The notes under the pieces are model-generated. The model worked only from the letters and a program-made list of their open reading frames with translations, ran no database searches and was not told the origin of the DNA. From a virus: a DNA stretch of 64,000 nt. The DNA is taken from the IMG/VR virus record IMGVR_UViG_3300028840_001735; one strand, written 5' to 3'. Positions within the stretch are counted from its first letter, which is position 1. Every line of letters begins with the position of its first letter. This document shows positions 25,465-35,079 of this stretch, in pieces. Made by a program: the position numbers and the translations under genes.

Positions 25465-26118
25465 TTACTTACCTGCTTTGCTTGCTATTTCTTTAAATGC
25501 TTGTCTTATTGATGTATTCCATTCTTTTTCAACTTCTTTTTTTAATCCAGGATCACGCATAGCATTCCTAATAAAAGGACGCGCCGGAATAATTATAGCT
25601 TTAGTTTTCTTAGACAATGGATAAAACTTCTTTTTTGCCGCTGTATCCCATAATTTTTTAGCTCTACCTTCTAAAACTTCAGGGCTCATATCACCTTTAC
25701 TTACTAAATATAACAACCAAAACATATGACGCATCTCATTGGTTACTTTTATTATAGCACCTTGATGTAACATTAATGCAAGATTATATTCTTTATTCGT
25801 TCTTTTTACACCTATAAACGCTAAATCCCAATCCTGTACATCATAAGTAATCGCATTAAAAAGATCACCTTGATCAACTAATGGTTTAGCTCGATTGCCA
25901 CGATTACCTTTTATTGTTTTTGTTAAGGCGGCATTTTGTGGTTTAACTCCACTTCTAATACCTTGTCTTATTCTACCTTGTAATCTGATAGCGTTTCTTT
26001 TTGTTGCTCTTCTTACATGTTTTTTAAATACATTTGTAATCTGTCTTGGGGTTAACCCTTCAATTGTGGCTTTCCAGCCATCCGGTGTTAACTTTATTTC
26101 AAAAACCTTCGGCGGCAT
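25465..26118 (-). CDS. virion morphogenesis / tail completion-like protein (Mu G / P2 S class)
   Basis: 217 aa. It carries the IIPARPFIRNA motif and a basic N-terminus, and it lies in the neck region. Confidence 0.4.
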   Translation of the reverse strand: MPPKVFEIKLTPDGWKATIEGLTPRQITNVFKKHVRRATKRNAIRLQGRIRQGIRSGVKPQNAALTKTIKGNRGNRAKPLVDQGDLFNAITYDVQDWDLAFIGVKRTNKEYNLALMLHQGAIIKVTNEMRHMFWLLYLVSKGDMSPEVLEGRAKKLWDTAAKKKFYPLSKKTKAIIIPARPFIRNAMRDPGLKKEVEKEWNTSIRQAFKEIASKAGK

Positions 26119-26520
26119 TTATGAACTCCGATGCTTCGCCGGTTGTCTATCAGCGAAATGTGCTTTAACCAAAGTATGTCCATAACTTGGATAATGCCCT
26201 AAAGGTTCTAACCTGGTAATATAACAATCATGTTCTACGTTTCCTATCTGTGTAATCCGATCATTTACTCGTAACGTTACAGATTCAGAATCTAAATCGC
26301 GTTTTCTAAATAATACATATCCGCGCTCTTCTTCTCTTGGTCCGCCGGAAGACGGCGTTTGATCGTCACTAGATCCATACTTTACTTGACCCGGCAACAC
26401 AACAACCGTGCTTCTCGCCGCTTGCTGCACAGGTTCACGCGCTTCTGTATCATATATTGTATTATCGTAATCAATACAAACTAATCTGACATTAACAGCA
26501 TGTAACAACCTTGGATACAT
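26119..26520 (-). CDS. head-tail joining (head closure)-like protein
   Basis: The start is placed at ATG 26520-26518 (TAATG overlap with the upstream stop) rather than the track's TTG at 26535. Its size and neck position resemble head-closure proteins. Confidence 0.35.
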   Translation of the reverse strand: MYPRLLHAVNVRLVCIDYDNTIYDTEAREPVQQAARSTVVVLPGQVKYGSSDDQTPSSGGPREEERGYVLFRKRDLDSESVTLRVNDRITQIGNVEHDCYITRLEPLGHYPSYGHTLVKAHFADRQPAKHRSS

Positions 26521-27614
26521 TAGTAATAACTCCAATTGCTAGGTGTTGCGATCCCTATCGGCGCTTTATATAGTTTTATTATATCAAGTATTTCCTGATC
26601 ACCAGTTAAACCAGATAATCCAACCCTTCTAGCAGCCATGCTACTTGATGCATATTTTATCATATGCCCGTCAGTTCTTTCTTCAACTACAACGCCCGCA
26701 ATAGTTAACGGCGCCGGTGCGGGTGCACTACCACCTAAAGGCACATAAAGCGGATTAGTAAGTTTCTCGATTACTAACTTCAATAGCGCCCTTTTAATTA
26801 GAAGTGGTGTAGAACCATCAGATTCAGTGAAACCAAAATCCCCACTTATTATTTGATTCTGATAACCCTTTACAAACTTTAATCTTTCAGGTGAATAAGG
26901 TGCTGTAAAAACGCTTCTTGTATCTTCAGATCTTATAAGTTTTACTCTAGGATTACGCCGATCATCTGGATACGTTCTAGAATTATAAACTTTATAGAGA
27001 TCAGTATCTAAATCTGTAGTTGAACTGTTTATCCTCAAATAATCGCAAGTTATTATTGGTACACCTAAATGTATTGTGTCTGTATCGTCACCATCGAAAC
27101 TTATTGTAAGACTACGTGAATAAAACCATTGTCTACAGGCGCGCTCTAAAGCAGATTGCCAAGTGGTTATTGCTGCATTAACTGTAGCATCCGGAAAATC
27201 TTCCGCCGTTAACCCTTCCGCCCTAACATCGTCTACAGTTATATAATATTCACCAGGTAAACCCTCAACGTCTAACAACTCAAAATCTTCGGCGCCGGTT
27301 TGCCAGTCTGAACCTTCTAGATATTTCCACCTCCAATATATACGATGTGTACCTAAAGTTGCATCTAATTCCGGCGTCCATCCTTGCGTATTAGTATTAT
27401 CATACGCATAATAAGAACCTGTTTCAAATCTACCCGGCGAATCTGTAACATCTTCCCAGTCTGAAGAAGGAAACACTTGATCACCGGGCAAACCGCCTTC
27501 AATATTGAAGATACGAAATTCAACAGCATACATATTTGTTTTATTACCGTTTACAGTAATAAACCAATTGATGTTACTGGTTATATTCTCTTCACCTCTT
27601 GCAATAGCTGTCAT
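26520..27614 (-). CDS. head-tail connector/adaptor-like protein
   Basis: 364 aa. The central YITVDDVRAEGLTAEDFPDATVNAAITTWQSALERACRQWFYSRSL resembles gp6-type head-tail connector sequences. Confidence 0.35.
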   Translation of the reverse strand: MTAIARGEENITSNINWFITVNGNKTNMYAVEFRIFNIEGGLPGDQVFPSSDWEDVTDSPGRFETGSYYAYDNTNTQGWTPELDATLGTHRIYWRWKYLEGSDWQTGAEDFELLDVEGLPGEYYITVDDVRAEGLTAEDFPDATVNAAITTWQSALERACRQWFYSRSLTISFDGDDTDTIHLGVPIITCDYLRINSSTTDLDTDLYKVYNSRTYPDDRRNPRVKLIRSEDTRSVFTAPYSPERLKFVKGYQNQIISGDFGFTESDGSTPLLIKRALLKLVIEKLTNPLYVPLGGSAPAPAPLTIAGVVVEERTDGHMIKYASSSMAARRVGLSGLTGDQEILDIIKLYKAPIGIATPSNWSYY

Positions 27615-27880
27615 GGTAAAACCCCATCTGGATCGAACGGCGAACCAACCGCAACTTCTTCAACGTAAAAACCTTGCATTATAGTTCCAGTTAACGGCGC
27701 CGTTGTTAACGTCACTTGTGTACTACTATCCTCAACACAACCAAAAGTATCATCATCTTGGTTGTATACACTACCATTCCAAATTGGCCTAAAAGTACCT
27801 GATTCAAAAGCCGTTGGGGTTGTAAAAACCCTATTTGATCCGTTTACTGTTCCTGTTAAATCTTTTATTACTGTAGCCAT
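27611..27880 (-). CDS. hypothetical small structural protein
   Basis: 89 codons, with an ATGA overlap to the downstream gene. Confidence 0.4.
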   Translation of the reverse strand: MATVIKDLTGTVNGSNRVFTTPTAFESGTFRPIWNGSVYNQDDDTFGCVEDSSTQVTLTTAPLTGTIMQGFYVEEVAVGSPFDPDGVLP

Positions 27881-27904
27881 TTTTGAAACCTCTAAACCTT
27901 ATTA

Positions 27905-28696
27905 TCACGGCGTGTATGGGAAATCTACCCACGATCCATTATTTCTTACCTGTGCAGTGCCATCTGTTGTGTTATAGATAATCATACCGTCTAAAGCCGT
28001 TAAAGCGTTACGTTGCGTTGTAGTTAAACGTGGTAATCGTGGTACGGCTACCGTACCCCTAAAATCTAAAGATACACTTGTATCAACGGCAGACGGCGAA
28101 GCCGCACTATCGCCGATCGACATATAACCCCTATGATGCCAATCTACCGTTAAAGCTGTATTGCCAGATATAACGTCGCCATCACCAGAACTAGTGTTTA
28201 TATTTACTTCACCTATTCCTTGTAACCATAATGTACCACCTGCGCCGTTTGCAACATCACCATTGCCACCTGTAGACGCTCTAATATGTACTTCGCCTCC
28301 ATCGCCGCCTGTACCACCTGTGCCTATTACAGCAGCGCCACCTGCACCACTCCAAAGTTGTATTCTACCACCATCACCGCCATCTACACCTTCAGCACTA
28401 CCGGCGCCACCAGCACCACAATATCCAAAAAAACCGCCACCTGTACCGCCAACATAAGAAGCGTTTGAGGCGTCGCCACCATCACCTAAATTTACATATA
28501 TACCACCACCGTCACCACCGTTTAGCACTGTACTATCACCACCGTTTCCAGTGTCTATCGTCCACTTTGAACCGTCACCACCACTTGTACCATCAGAACC
28601 ATTACCTAAGTTCCAATCCATATGTTGTGCATTATTATTAGCATTATCTGGCGTAAATATTCTTAAGTTCAATAACTTAGCTCTACTGATAGCCAT
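27905..28696 (-). CDS. glycine-rich fibre-like protein
   Basis: 263 aa with runs such as GGDGGGIYVNLGDGGD...GGTGGGFFGYCGAGGAGS...GTGGTGGDGGEVH. The C-terminal LTTTQRNALTALDGMIIYNTTDGTAQVRNNGSWVDF motif is shared with the 1001-aa fibre. Confidence 0.5.
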   Translation of the reverse strand: MAISRAKLLNLRIFTPDNANNNAQHMDWNLGNGSDGTSGGDGSKWTIDTGNGGDSTVLNGGDGGGIYVNLGDGGDASNASYVGGTGGGFFGYCGAGGAGSAEGVDGGDGGRIQLWSGAGGAAVIGTGGTGGDGGEVHIRASTGGNGDVANGAGGTLWLQGIGEVNINTSSGDGDVISGNTALTVDWHHRGYMSIGDSAASPSAVDTSVSLDFRGTVAVPRLPRLTTTQRNALTALDGMIIYNTTDGTAQVRNNGSWVDFPYTP

Positions 28697-28701
28697 CGTT
28701 C

Positions 28702-29187
28702 TTACCCTTCCGCAAAACCCGCTTCTCTATTCGTGCGTTCAAGAAGGTCTAACCAGTTTTTCTTCGAGACTTTCTTTCGAATAAACTTTCCCATATCTTC
28801 TTCTGACATAAGATTACTCATCAGATAAATAATCACAGGCACGATCTCTATGCCAAACTTCTGTAGCTTTATGCCTATGAAACGCATGACTACCCTATCA
28901 ACTGTCGTATGTGTATTATATTTTATTCGAAGCCTCGCTTCTTCAAATTGCTCCTCTAAGTTCTCATGAATCTCTACACCTGCGGCCTCTATCATCTGAG
29001 ATAACACTCTTATCCCCAACTCATTGTCTCTAGCAGCTATACTGTTTAAAAGATAACCTGATGGAGCGTTTTTGTAAAAATCATCAGGACCTTTGCATTG
29101 TGCTACCCAACGAACCGCTTCTTTACATGATGAATTATTATTTACAGATTTCCACCAATCCATTCTTTGAAAGTTATATTTTTTCAT
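28702..29187 (-). CDS. hypothetical protein
   Basis: The start is placed at ATG 29187-29185, 2 nt after the upstream TAG, instead of the track's TTG at 29208. The ORF is 161 codons. Confidence 0.45.
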   Translation of the reverse strand: MKKYNFQRMDWWKSVNNNSSCKEAVRWVAQCKGPDDFYKNAPSGYLLNSIAARDNELGIRVLSQMIEAAGVEIHENLEEQFEEARLRIKYNTHTTVDRVVMRFIGIKLQKFGIEIVPVIIYLMSNLMSEEDMGKFIRKKVSKKNWLDLLERTNREAGFAEG

Positions 29188-29189
29188 AA

Positions 29190-32100
29190 CTAACCTAACT
29201 GTATCCAATTACTTGTACCATCTGACACAAATACCGCCCATTGATTGTCATCATCTAATACAAATATTTTTATTTCATCTATTGTATCTGCACCATTCGG
29301 AATTACATCTATGTCATACCCAGGCTGACCATTATAATATGCTTTTACAGCTATAGCTAATCCTTTATTCGACGCCGCAATTGCTGGTAAATTTACAGTT
29401 ATCTCCCCTCCACCACCTGACTGTGGGTCGGCTCTTACCAGTTCGCCTATACTAGCTGTATAGGGACTATCCGATGAATCTATCTGGGTCACTACATCCC
29501 AACGTGCGCCTGGAATAGAGCCTAACGTGATGCTCTTTTTACTATAACTATCCGCTGCATCTTCAATCAATAATTCATCTGTTATCGTCGGAGTTGATTT
29601 TAAAGCTATTGCAGAAATTTCACTGGAACTATTTGAGATTAAAGAAGCATCTGAAACTGCACTATTCAATTGTGCCAAAGTCCCTGTTCCAATGTTAGCA
29701 ATACTAGTGCTGTGCGGATTAGCTGTACTGGAAATATGTGAATCTATTTGCGCATGGGTATTTGTACCGTCATTTAATAGATCACCATGATCGATCTGGG
29801 AACCATCATTTCCCGTGCCACTATGGGTATGCCCAGCGGAATCATCAAATTGAACCATCCCCTCAGTTAAAACTATCCATTCCATTCCCGTAGACGTAGC
29901 GGAGTTCGCCCACAAAAACCGATAATCCGATCCTATAGCCAGTCGATCATGATCCGTTGAATATGTAAACAAATCACCTTTAGTAGTTGTAGGAAATATC
30001 GCCCCTATTGTTGTACGCTTTTTATTATTACTATCTTCAGTGTCTTCTATCAAAAGATAATCGGCAGATACAGGATTAGATTTTAAACTTATCGCCGCTA
30101 TTTCTCCCGCTGTATCATCATGAATAGAATTACTATGATAATGTATTGTGCAATCACCAGAACCCGTTAAAGATACATATTGTGAATTTGTTAATGAACT
30201 AACCCACCCACCGTTTTGATATTCCTGGAAAACTCCAAGTGTACTATTATAAATATACATCCCATTTTCAGGAGTTATCGCGTTCCGTTGTGTTGTGGTA
30301 AGTACATTCGGCATAAACGCGGCATCAGTTTCAGCACAACGAATAGATGCATCACCACTCATAGCACCTGAACCACCTATACGCACTCTACCATTAGCAC
30401 TATCAAAAACTAAATTTGCACTACCAGCAACATTAGTTCCAGAACCATAAAGAATTTGTGTATCACTAGCTGTACCTGGAATACCATCTAAATCTGCTAT
30501 ACTTACTTCATCTGAACCACCGTTTTCATGTGTTGAAGCGTGCGCTGATGGAACAGTAGAAGTTAAATCTACCTCTGAACCGGCAGCATCAGGTAACCAA
30601 AACAAACCATCATCACTAGTCTTCTTATATAACCTACCTAAACCCGCACCTGGATTACTCGGCGCCGATATATCAGCTAATTGGTAATAACCTGTATTTG
30701 TAACATTTACAGCGCCAGATATGTTATTTGAATCATCTATTGTAATCCCAGAATCTTGAATGCCTTTAGCGCCACCGTCACCTCTTACAATCGTGTTATC
30801 TGTTATATTTAAAGCAGCCGTAACATCACCTTGGTTACCAGGTATATTCTCCCATGAACCACCATTTCTAGCCTGTATAGTACCAAGCGTACTATTATAA
30901 ATAATCATTCCGTTTTCAGCAGTTAAAGCATCACGTTGTGTTGTAGTAAGTACATTCGGTATAAACGCGGCATCAGTCATAGCCAATCTAATCGATGCAT
31001 CACCCCACGTTCCAGGTATACTACCGCCAATCTGAATACGTTCAGTATTCATATCACCTAATATTATATTGCCTATATTTAACTCTCTATCTATATTAAC
31101 CGCAGACGCATCTAACCCATTACCGATTATAATATTTAACTGTCCAGATGTAATGTTATCACCGGCACGACTACCAATTAATGTATTACCTTGCCCATAC
31201 GCAAGCATACCGGCTCTAAAACCAACAGCAGTGTTGTTGTCAGTATTTATAGCACCTTGTAATGAATATGCGCCGATTCCTGTATTATTGTCACCACCTT
31301 CAACACCTTCGCCAGAACCATAACCATACCATGTATTATTAGCACCTGAAGCCGTCCCAATATTTCCAGGTAAACCATCACCCATTGCAGTACACCGTGT
31401 AGAATAACCTATAGATATCAACCCTGTATTAAGTGTAATCCCATCTGTACCATCAAAGGTTAAATTTGCACTGCCGGCAATTGTATCTGAACCTGATCCA
31501 TAAGCTATTTGACTTGACGCTATTGAACCACCTATACCATCAATAACATCTGTTATATTTATAGGTGTACCATCATTACCAGATCCGCTATGTGTATGCC
31601 CGGTTGAATCGTCAAATCCAACCATTGATTCAACTAAAGTAACCCAATCTAAATATGTGCTATTTGATGTATTTACTCTAAAAAATTGGTTATTCGTTCC
31701 AATCGGTTGACGTGTATCGCCACCCGCATCATGAACATAAACATCGCCTTGACTTGTTAACGGCGAATACATACCGCCACCACCATCGTCAACGGCGTCA
31801 ATTATTTCTTCAAAGTCTACAAGAAAACCTTTTCCAGGATATTCATACAGTTCACCCATCGCTGGTTTTCTTAAGGATAAATACCTAGTGGAAAACGCTA
31901 CTGCATTTGTTAAAACTTCACTTGTACCGTCTAAAGTTACACGAATTAAATAAGTGCCGGATACATCAGCGGTAGGTGTAAATGTAGGCGATGCTGCCGT
32001 TTCACTTGATAATGTAGCAGAAGCACCAACAGGCTGATCAACTATCTCCCATGTATACCCAGTAACACCAGTATCATCATCAATTGAAAGTGTAACTAAA

Positions 32101-32195
32101 GGCGGAGTAGGTGATACAACAGAGTATGCATACTCTAAAGCTACACCAGGTGAACCAGGGGTTTGCCCTTCTACGCTTATTATAATCTCAGCCAT
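29190..32195 (-). CDS. large fibre protein with internal duplications
   Basis: 1001 aa. Duplicated segments include FDDS(T/A)GHTHSG(S/T)GNDG, GSANL(T/V)FD and DASIR...TDAAF(I/M)PNVLTTTQR(D/N)A(L/I)T.ENGM.IYNSTLG. The composition is Gly/Ser/Thr/Asn-rich. Confidence 0.6.
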   Translation of the reverse strand: MAEIIISVEGQTPGSPGVALEYAYSVVSPTPPLVTLSIDDDTGVTGYTWEIVDQPVGASATLSSETAASPTFTPTADVSGTYLIRVTLDGTSEVLTNAVAFSTRYLSLRKPAMGELYEYPGKGFLVDFEEIIDAVDDGGGGMYSPLTSQGDVYVHDAGGDTRQPIGTNNQFFRVNTSNSTYLDWVTLVESMVGFDDSTGHTHSGSGNDGTPINITDVIDGIGGSIASSQIAYGSGSDTIAGSANLTFDGTDGITLNTGLISIGYSTRCTAMGDGLPGNIGTASGANNTWYGYGSGEGVEGGDNNTGIGAYSLQGAINTDNNTAVGFRAGMLAYGQGNTLIGSRAGDNITSGQLNIIIGNGLDASAVNIDRELNIGNIILGDMNTERIQIGGSIPGTWGDASIRLAMTDAAFIPNVLTTTQRDALTAENGMIIYNSTLGTIQARNGGSWENIPGNQGDVTAALNITDNTIVRGDGGAKGIQDSGITIDDSNNISGAVNVTNTGYYQLADISAPSNPGAGLGRLYKKTSDDGLFWLPDAAGSEVDLTSTVPSAHASTHENGGSDEVSIADLDGIPGTASDTQILYGSGTNVAGSANLVFDSANGRVRIGGSGAMSGDASIRCAETDAAFMPNVLTTTQRNAITPENGMYIYNSTLGVFQEYQNGGWVSSLTNSQYVSLTGSGDCTIHYHSNSIHDDTAGEIAAISLKSNPVSADYLLIEDTEDSNNKKRTTIGAIFPTTTKGDLFTYSTDHDRLAIGSDYRFLWANSATSTGMEWIVLTEGMVQFDDSAGHTHSGTGNDGSQIDHGDLLNDGTNTHAQIDSHISSTANPHSTSIANIGTGTLAQLNSAVSDASLISNSSSEISAIALKSTPTITDELLIEDAADSYSKKSITLGSIPGARWDVVTQIDSSDSPYTASIGELVRADPQSGGGGEITVNLPAIAASNKGLAIAVKAYYNGQPGYDIDVIPNGADTIDEIKIFVLDDDNQWAVFVSDGTSNWIQLG

Positions 32196-32198
32196 TTT

Positions 32199-32519
32199 CT
32201 ATTTTTTTCTTTTTGTTTTCGTTTTTCTATTCTGTGTTATCCCTTGTACCTTACCACCTTCTAATATGTTTCCAGGTGAAACAAGTAATTCCTCTATTTT
32301 ATTTATCAATAGTTCTTGCGCTTTAGGTTCAAATACACTGTCTAGTTTTATAGTCTGTACTATCGCCGGCGCTTTACCTTCGGCAGCAACATCTTTATCT
32401 TTAAAAAACGCTATAGTAACAGACACAGAACCATCCCTTAGAACCTGAAAAGATTCAACACGTATATATTCACAAAACAATCCAGTGTTATTTATTTCCT
32501 TTGATTTTATTATAGCCAT
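32199..32519 (-). CDS. hypothetical protein
   Basis: 106 codons with an ATG start and a Lys-rich C-terminus. Confidence 0.45.
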   Translation of the reverse strand: MAIIKSKEINNTGLFCEYIRVESFQVLRDGSVSVTIAFFKDKDVAAEGKAPAIVQTIKLDSVFEPKAQELLINKIEELLVSPGNILEGGKVQGITQNRKTKTKRKK

Positions 32520-32534
32520 TCTCGTTTTTCCCTT

Positions 32535-33758
32535 CTATATAAACCTACCAAAAAACAAAGCTTCTTCTATTGCCGCTTCTTCATATTCTGGTTCAAAAAG
32601 TAAACCAAAAAAATGATCGGCGTTACTCGAAGATTGCCCTAAATAAACATCACCATCGTCTGTACTCCATGATGTTCCTGAATGTGTACCGTTACCAGTA
32701 GTGAATAGTGAAGTTATAATATCACCTTCCCCGGGGTCGATTACTATCTTTAAAATTTGCCCTCTGGACCAGGTGTGATTCCCTGAAGTGACAAGAGCAC
32801 TTGCCCCATCGACTACTATCCGGCCAGTGTCGGCACTCGTCCCGGGTTCCAAATATATTTTGATATCCTGGGTGGCATCATCGAAGTGGAGTAACACCTG
32901 CTCCTCGGTGCTTGTATCGTATAACTGAGCGCTTCCGAATTCTGGGATTATATATAACGTAATCTTTCCTCTTAGATTCGAAGTTACATCCGTCGAATCC
33001 CAATACCCGTTAGCTGCCGCCCTAGTGACATCTGATGTTCCAGAATTCGGGATAATCGACGAAGGCCACTCACCGAATTCAAACTGTGCCTGCCATCCCC
33101 AAAAAGCACTGGACCCGTCCCCTGTGAAGTAATAATCCGTCCCATCTAATGCTAAAAATTCAGACCGCAACCATTCATAAGCAGCACAGTCGTTTATATC
33201 GCGAGTATACCAGCAGAAGCACCATCCGTCGCTCGCATCGTCCGCACCAGAATCTATTATACCACTTGTACTCCCAACCGACTTCGCACTAAGATCATAG
33301 TTTACATCTGTTTGATCACCGGTATGCTGGTGTCTCATCCGCAAATCATAGCCGTTGTCTTTGCCGAATATCGATGCTGCCCACGTCCCTTCTGGCGTGT
33401 TTTCATCAAACGTAGTGATCCATTTGCGGATGAAGTGGTCGTTATAGTTTGTGCTCGGAACTACTTCATCAGCAGTGTTTGTCCCGAGTGGGTCATCAGT
33501 ACCTGTGTCATTAGTATTTACGGTAACCTGATCAGTGTCATATTGATCAAATTGTTGCGAATAGAATTGAACGTTAGTCCGCGATCCTTCTATTAATATA
33601 CCTGTACGGGTAGCCCCATCTACAGTCATGTCAACCGTCGCTTTGACATTTGAACCGAACGACCCCAGCACCTCTTCGATGGACGTGCCGATCGGTCCAA
33701 TATAACGCGTACTAGAACAACTAAATGTTAAATCATCAAAATCTGCTGCAATTGCCAT
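32535..33758 (-). CDS. lectin-like module protein, paralogue of the C-terminal part of 8670..12077
   Basis: Residues ~60-240 align with the repeat module of the gpI-like protein (TN...F....W....V..N.T..P.GT.TAD ... GDGSS..W.A..E.G..PS.I). The C-terminal ~130 aa also resemble that protein's C-terminus. Confidence 0.5.
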   Translation of the reverse strand: MAIAADFDDLTFSCSSTRYIGPIGTSIEEVLGSFGSNVKATVDMTVDGATRTGILIEGSRTNVQFYSQQFDQYDTDQVTVNTNDTGTDDPLGTNTADEVVPSTNYNDHFIRKWITTFDENTPEGTWAASIFGKDNGYDLRMRHQHTGDQTDVNYDLSAKSVGSTSGIIDSGADDASDGWCFCWYTRDINDCAAYEWLRSEFLALDGTDYYFTGDGSSAFWGWQAQFEFGEWPSSIIPNSGTSDVTRAAANGYWDSTDVTSNLRGKITLYIIPEFGSAQLYDTSTEEQVLLHFDDATQDIKIYLEPGTSADTGRIVVDGASALVTSGNHTWSRGQILKIVIDPGEGDIITSLFTTGNGTHSGTSWSTDDGDVYLGQSSSNADHFFGLLFEPEYEEAAIEEALFFGRFI

Positions 33759-33767
33759 AACTATATC

Positions 33768-34292
33768 TTATCCAATCTCCGGTTCAAGACATGCTTCTAT
33801 AATTCTATCACCAATACCTATATTACTACCAACACTAGGCCATAATTTTACAACCGATGCATCACCAATTGTTATAGGTGACAGTTCTGTAGGCTTTGTT
33901 ACTGGTTTCGTTGTAACTCGAATTGCAACGTTTTCAAATCGTACTTCTTCTTTGTTTTCAGGCAATACATCTGGATCAGGATCTAGTATGTCAAAATTAC
34001 AACGGTAAGTTTTCCAATCGCTATTTGATCTCTCATAATCTTCTAATGCATCACCTTTATTTGTTTTATCAATAGTTTTCCAATCAGAAGATTCGGCAAA
34101 CACTGCGAACAATCCATAATCATCCTCCCACACATAACAAAGCAACGGATGAAATTTATCACTAGACTGCGTTTTAGGACCGTATATACTCCACCAATTA
34201 CTATCCTCTTTTACATGACCATGTTTAGAATCTGCGCCTGGAATATTAGGTTTTCCATCTACATAACCTAGTTTTAATATACGACATTCCAC
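33768..34292 (-). CDS. hypothetical protein
   Basis: 174 codons with a GTG start 11 nt after the upstream stop. No in-frame ATG is nearby. Confidence 0.45.
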   Translation of the reverse strand: MECRILKLGYVDGKPNIPGADSKHGHVKEDSNWWSIYGPKTQSSDKFHPLLCYVWEDDYGLFAVFAESSDWKTIDKTNKGDALEDYERSNSDWKTYRCNFDILDPDPDVLPENKEEVRFENVAIRVTTKPVTKPTELSPITIGDASVVKLWPSVGSNIGIGDRIIEACLEPEIG

Positions 34293-34303
34293 AATTCACC
34301 CAC

Positions 34304-35077
34304 TTATGTCCAAGCTGTTAAAACTCCTGAAACTTGGCAAACGGCGTCTGTACCGTCTATTTTGCATACCATTTCACATTGTGCACTAGCGGCGGTTGGA
34401 AACGTCGGTTCAGTTGTGCCGGTATAGTAAACAGTACCGCCAGAAATTGAAGCCGATGTTATTGCCCTACTCCCTGTAGCATCTTGTTTAACTCTAAGAG
34501 TATAAACACTGCTGGCATCTGATGGTAATCCTGTAGTACTTATCGTCAAAGCAACACTATCAGAATTTAATGTCACCTCTTGATGTTGCCCGTTTGCTAA
34601 AGTCCAAGTAAACGATGCAGTAGAATTACCATTATCATAAACCGCATCAGCATTTATAGTCCCTACGTTTATGATTTCGTTAGTCTTGAAATCTATAGAT
34701 GATACTGTCGTACCACTTCTAGTTATTTCAAATACATCATCGCCAGCGCCCAACGCATCTGTTAAAGTTACTAATTGTAAAGCACCACCTACAGATCTTA
34801 AATCCCATATTTTTTCGTTACTACCACCATCATTCTCATTAATGCGTAAAACCGGCGCGTTGTCAGATATTTCTAATATGCCGTCAACTTGAGCATCACC
34901 CATACAACGAATAAGAGCACTTGTGCTTCCTAATCTTAATTCGTCTGAACCAAGAGTAGAACCAACTAACAAATTACCAGATCCAGCAAGTCGTTCAAAT
35001 AGATCGGCTTGAACGGATTCAGTAGTTTGAAGATTACTTAGATCGCCGTTGGTTCCTCTCTTTAGTGGTATCGACAT
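34304..35077 (-). CDS. fibre-like protein sharing its N-terminal domain with 35801..37867
   Basis: MSIPLK...SGNLLVGSTLGSDELRLGSTSALIRCMGDAQVDG aligns with MAIPLK...GGNLVIGATLGASDEVRLGVVGETVRVLGDFAVDG. Confidence 0.5.
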   Translation of the reverse strand: MSIPLKRGTNGDLSNLQTTESVQADLFERLAGSGNLLVGSTLGSDELRLGSTSALIRCMGDAQVDGILEISDNAPVLRINENDGGSNEKIWDLRSVGGALQLVTLTDALGAGDDVFEITRSGTTVSSIDFKTNEIINVGTINADAVYDNGNSTASFTWTLANGQHQEVTLNSDSVALTISTTGLPSDASSVYTLRVKQDATGSRAITSASISGGTVYYTGTTEPTFPTAASAQCEMVCKIDGTDAVCQVSGVLTAWT

Positions 35078-35079
35078 CT

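Noticed and set aside
28161-28468. Pro-rich plus-strand ORFs opposite the Gly-rich gene
   Set aside because: GGN codons read antisense as NCC (Pro), which makes this a compositional artefact.
28702-30300. Apparent GC-rich island at the 3' end of the 1001-aa fibre gene and the 161-aa gene
   Set aside because: The first sample (29401-29460) gave 55% GC. Further hand counts (29581-29640 at 38%, 29941-30000 at ~35%, 30601-30660 at 43%) showed only patchy variation within the range of other structural genes, which is not convincing without a computed profile.
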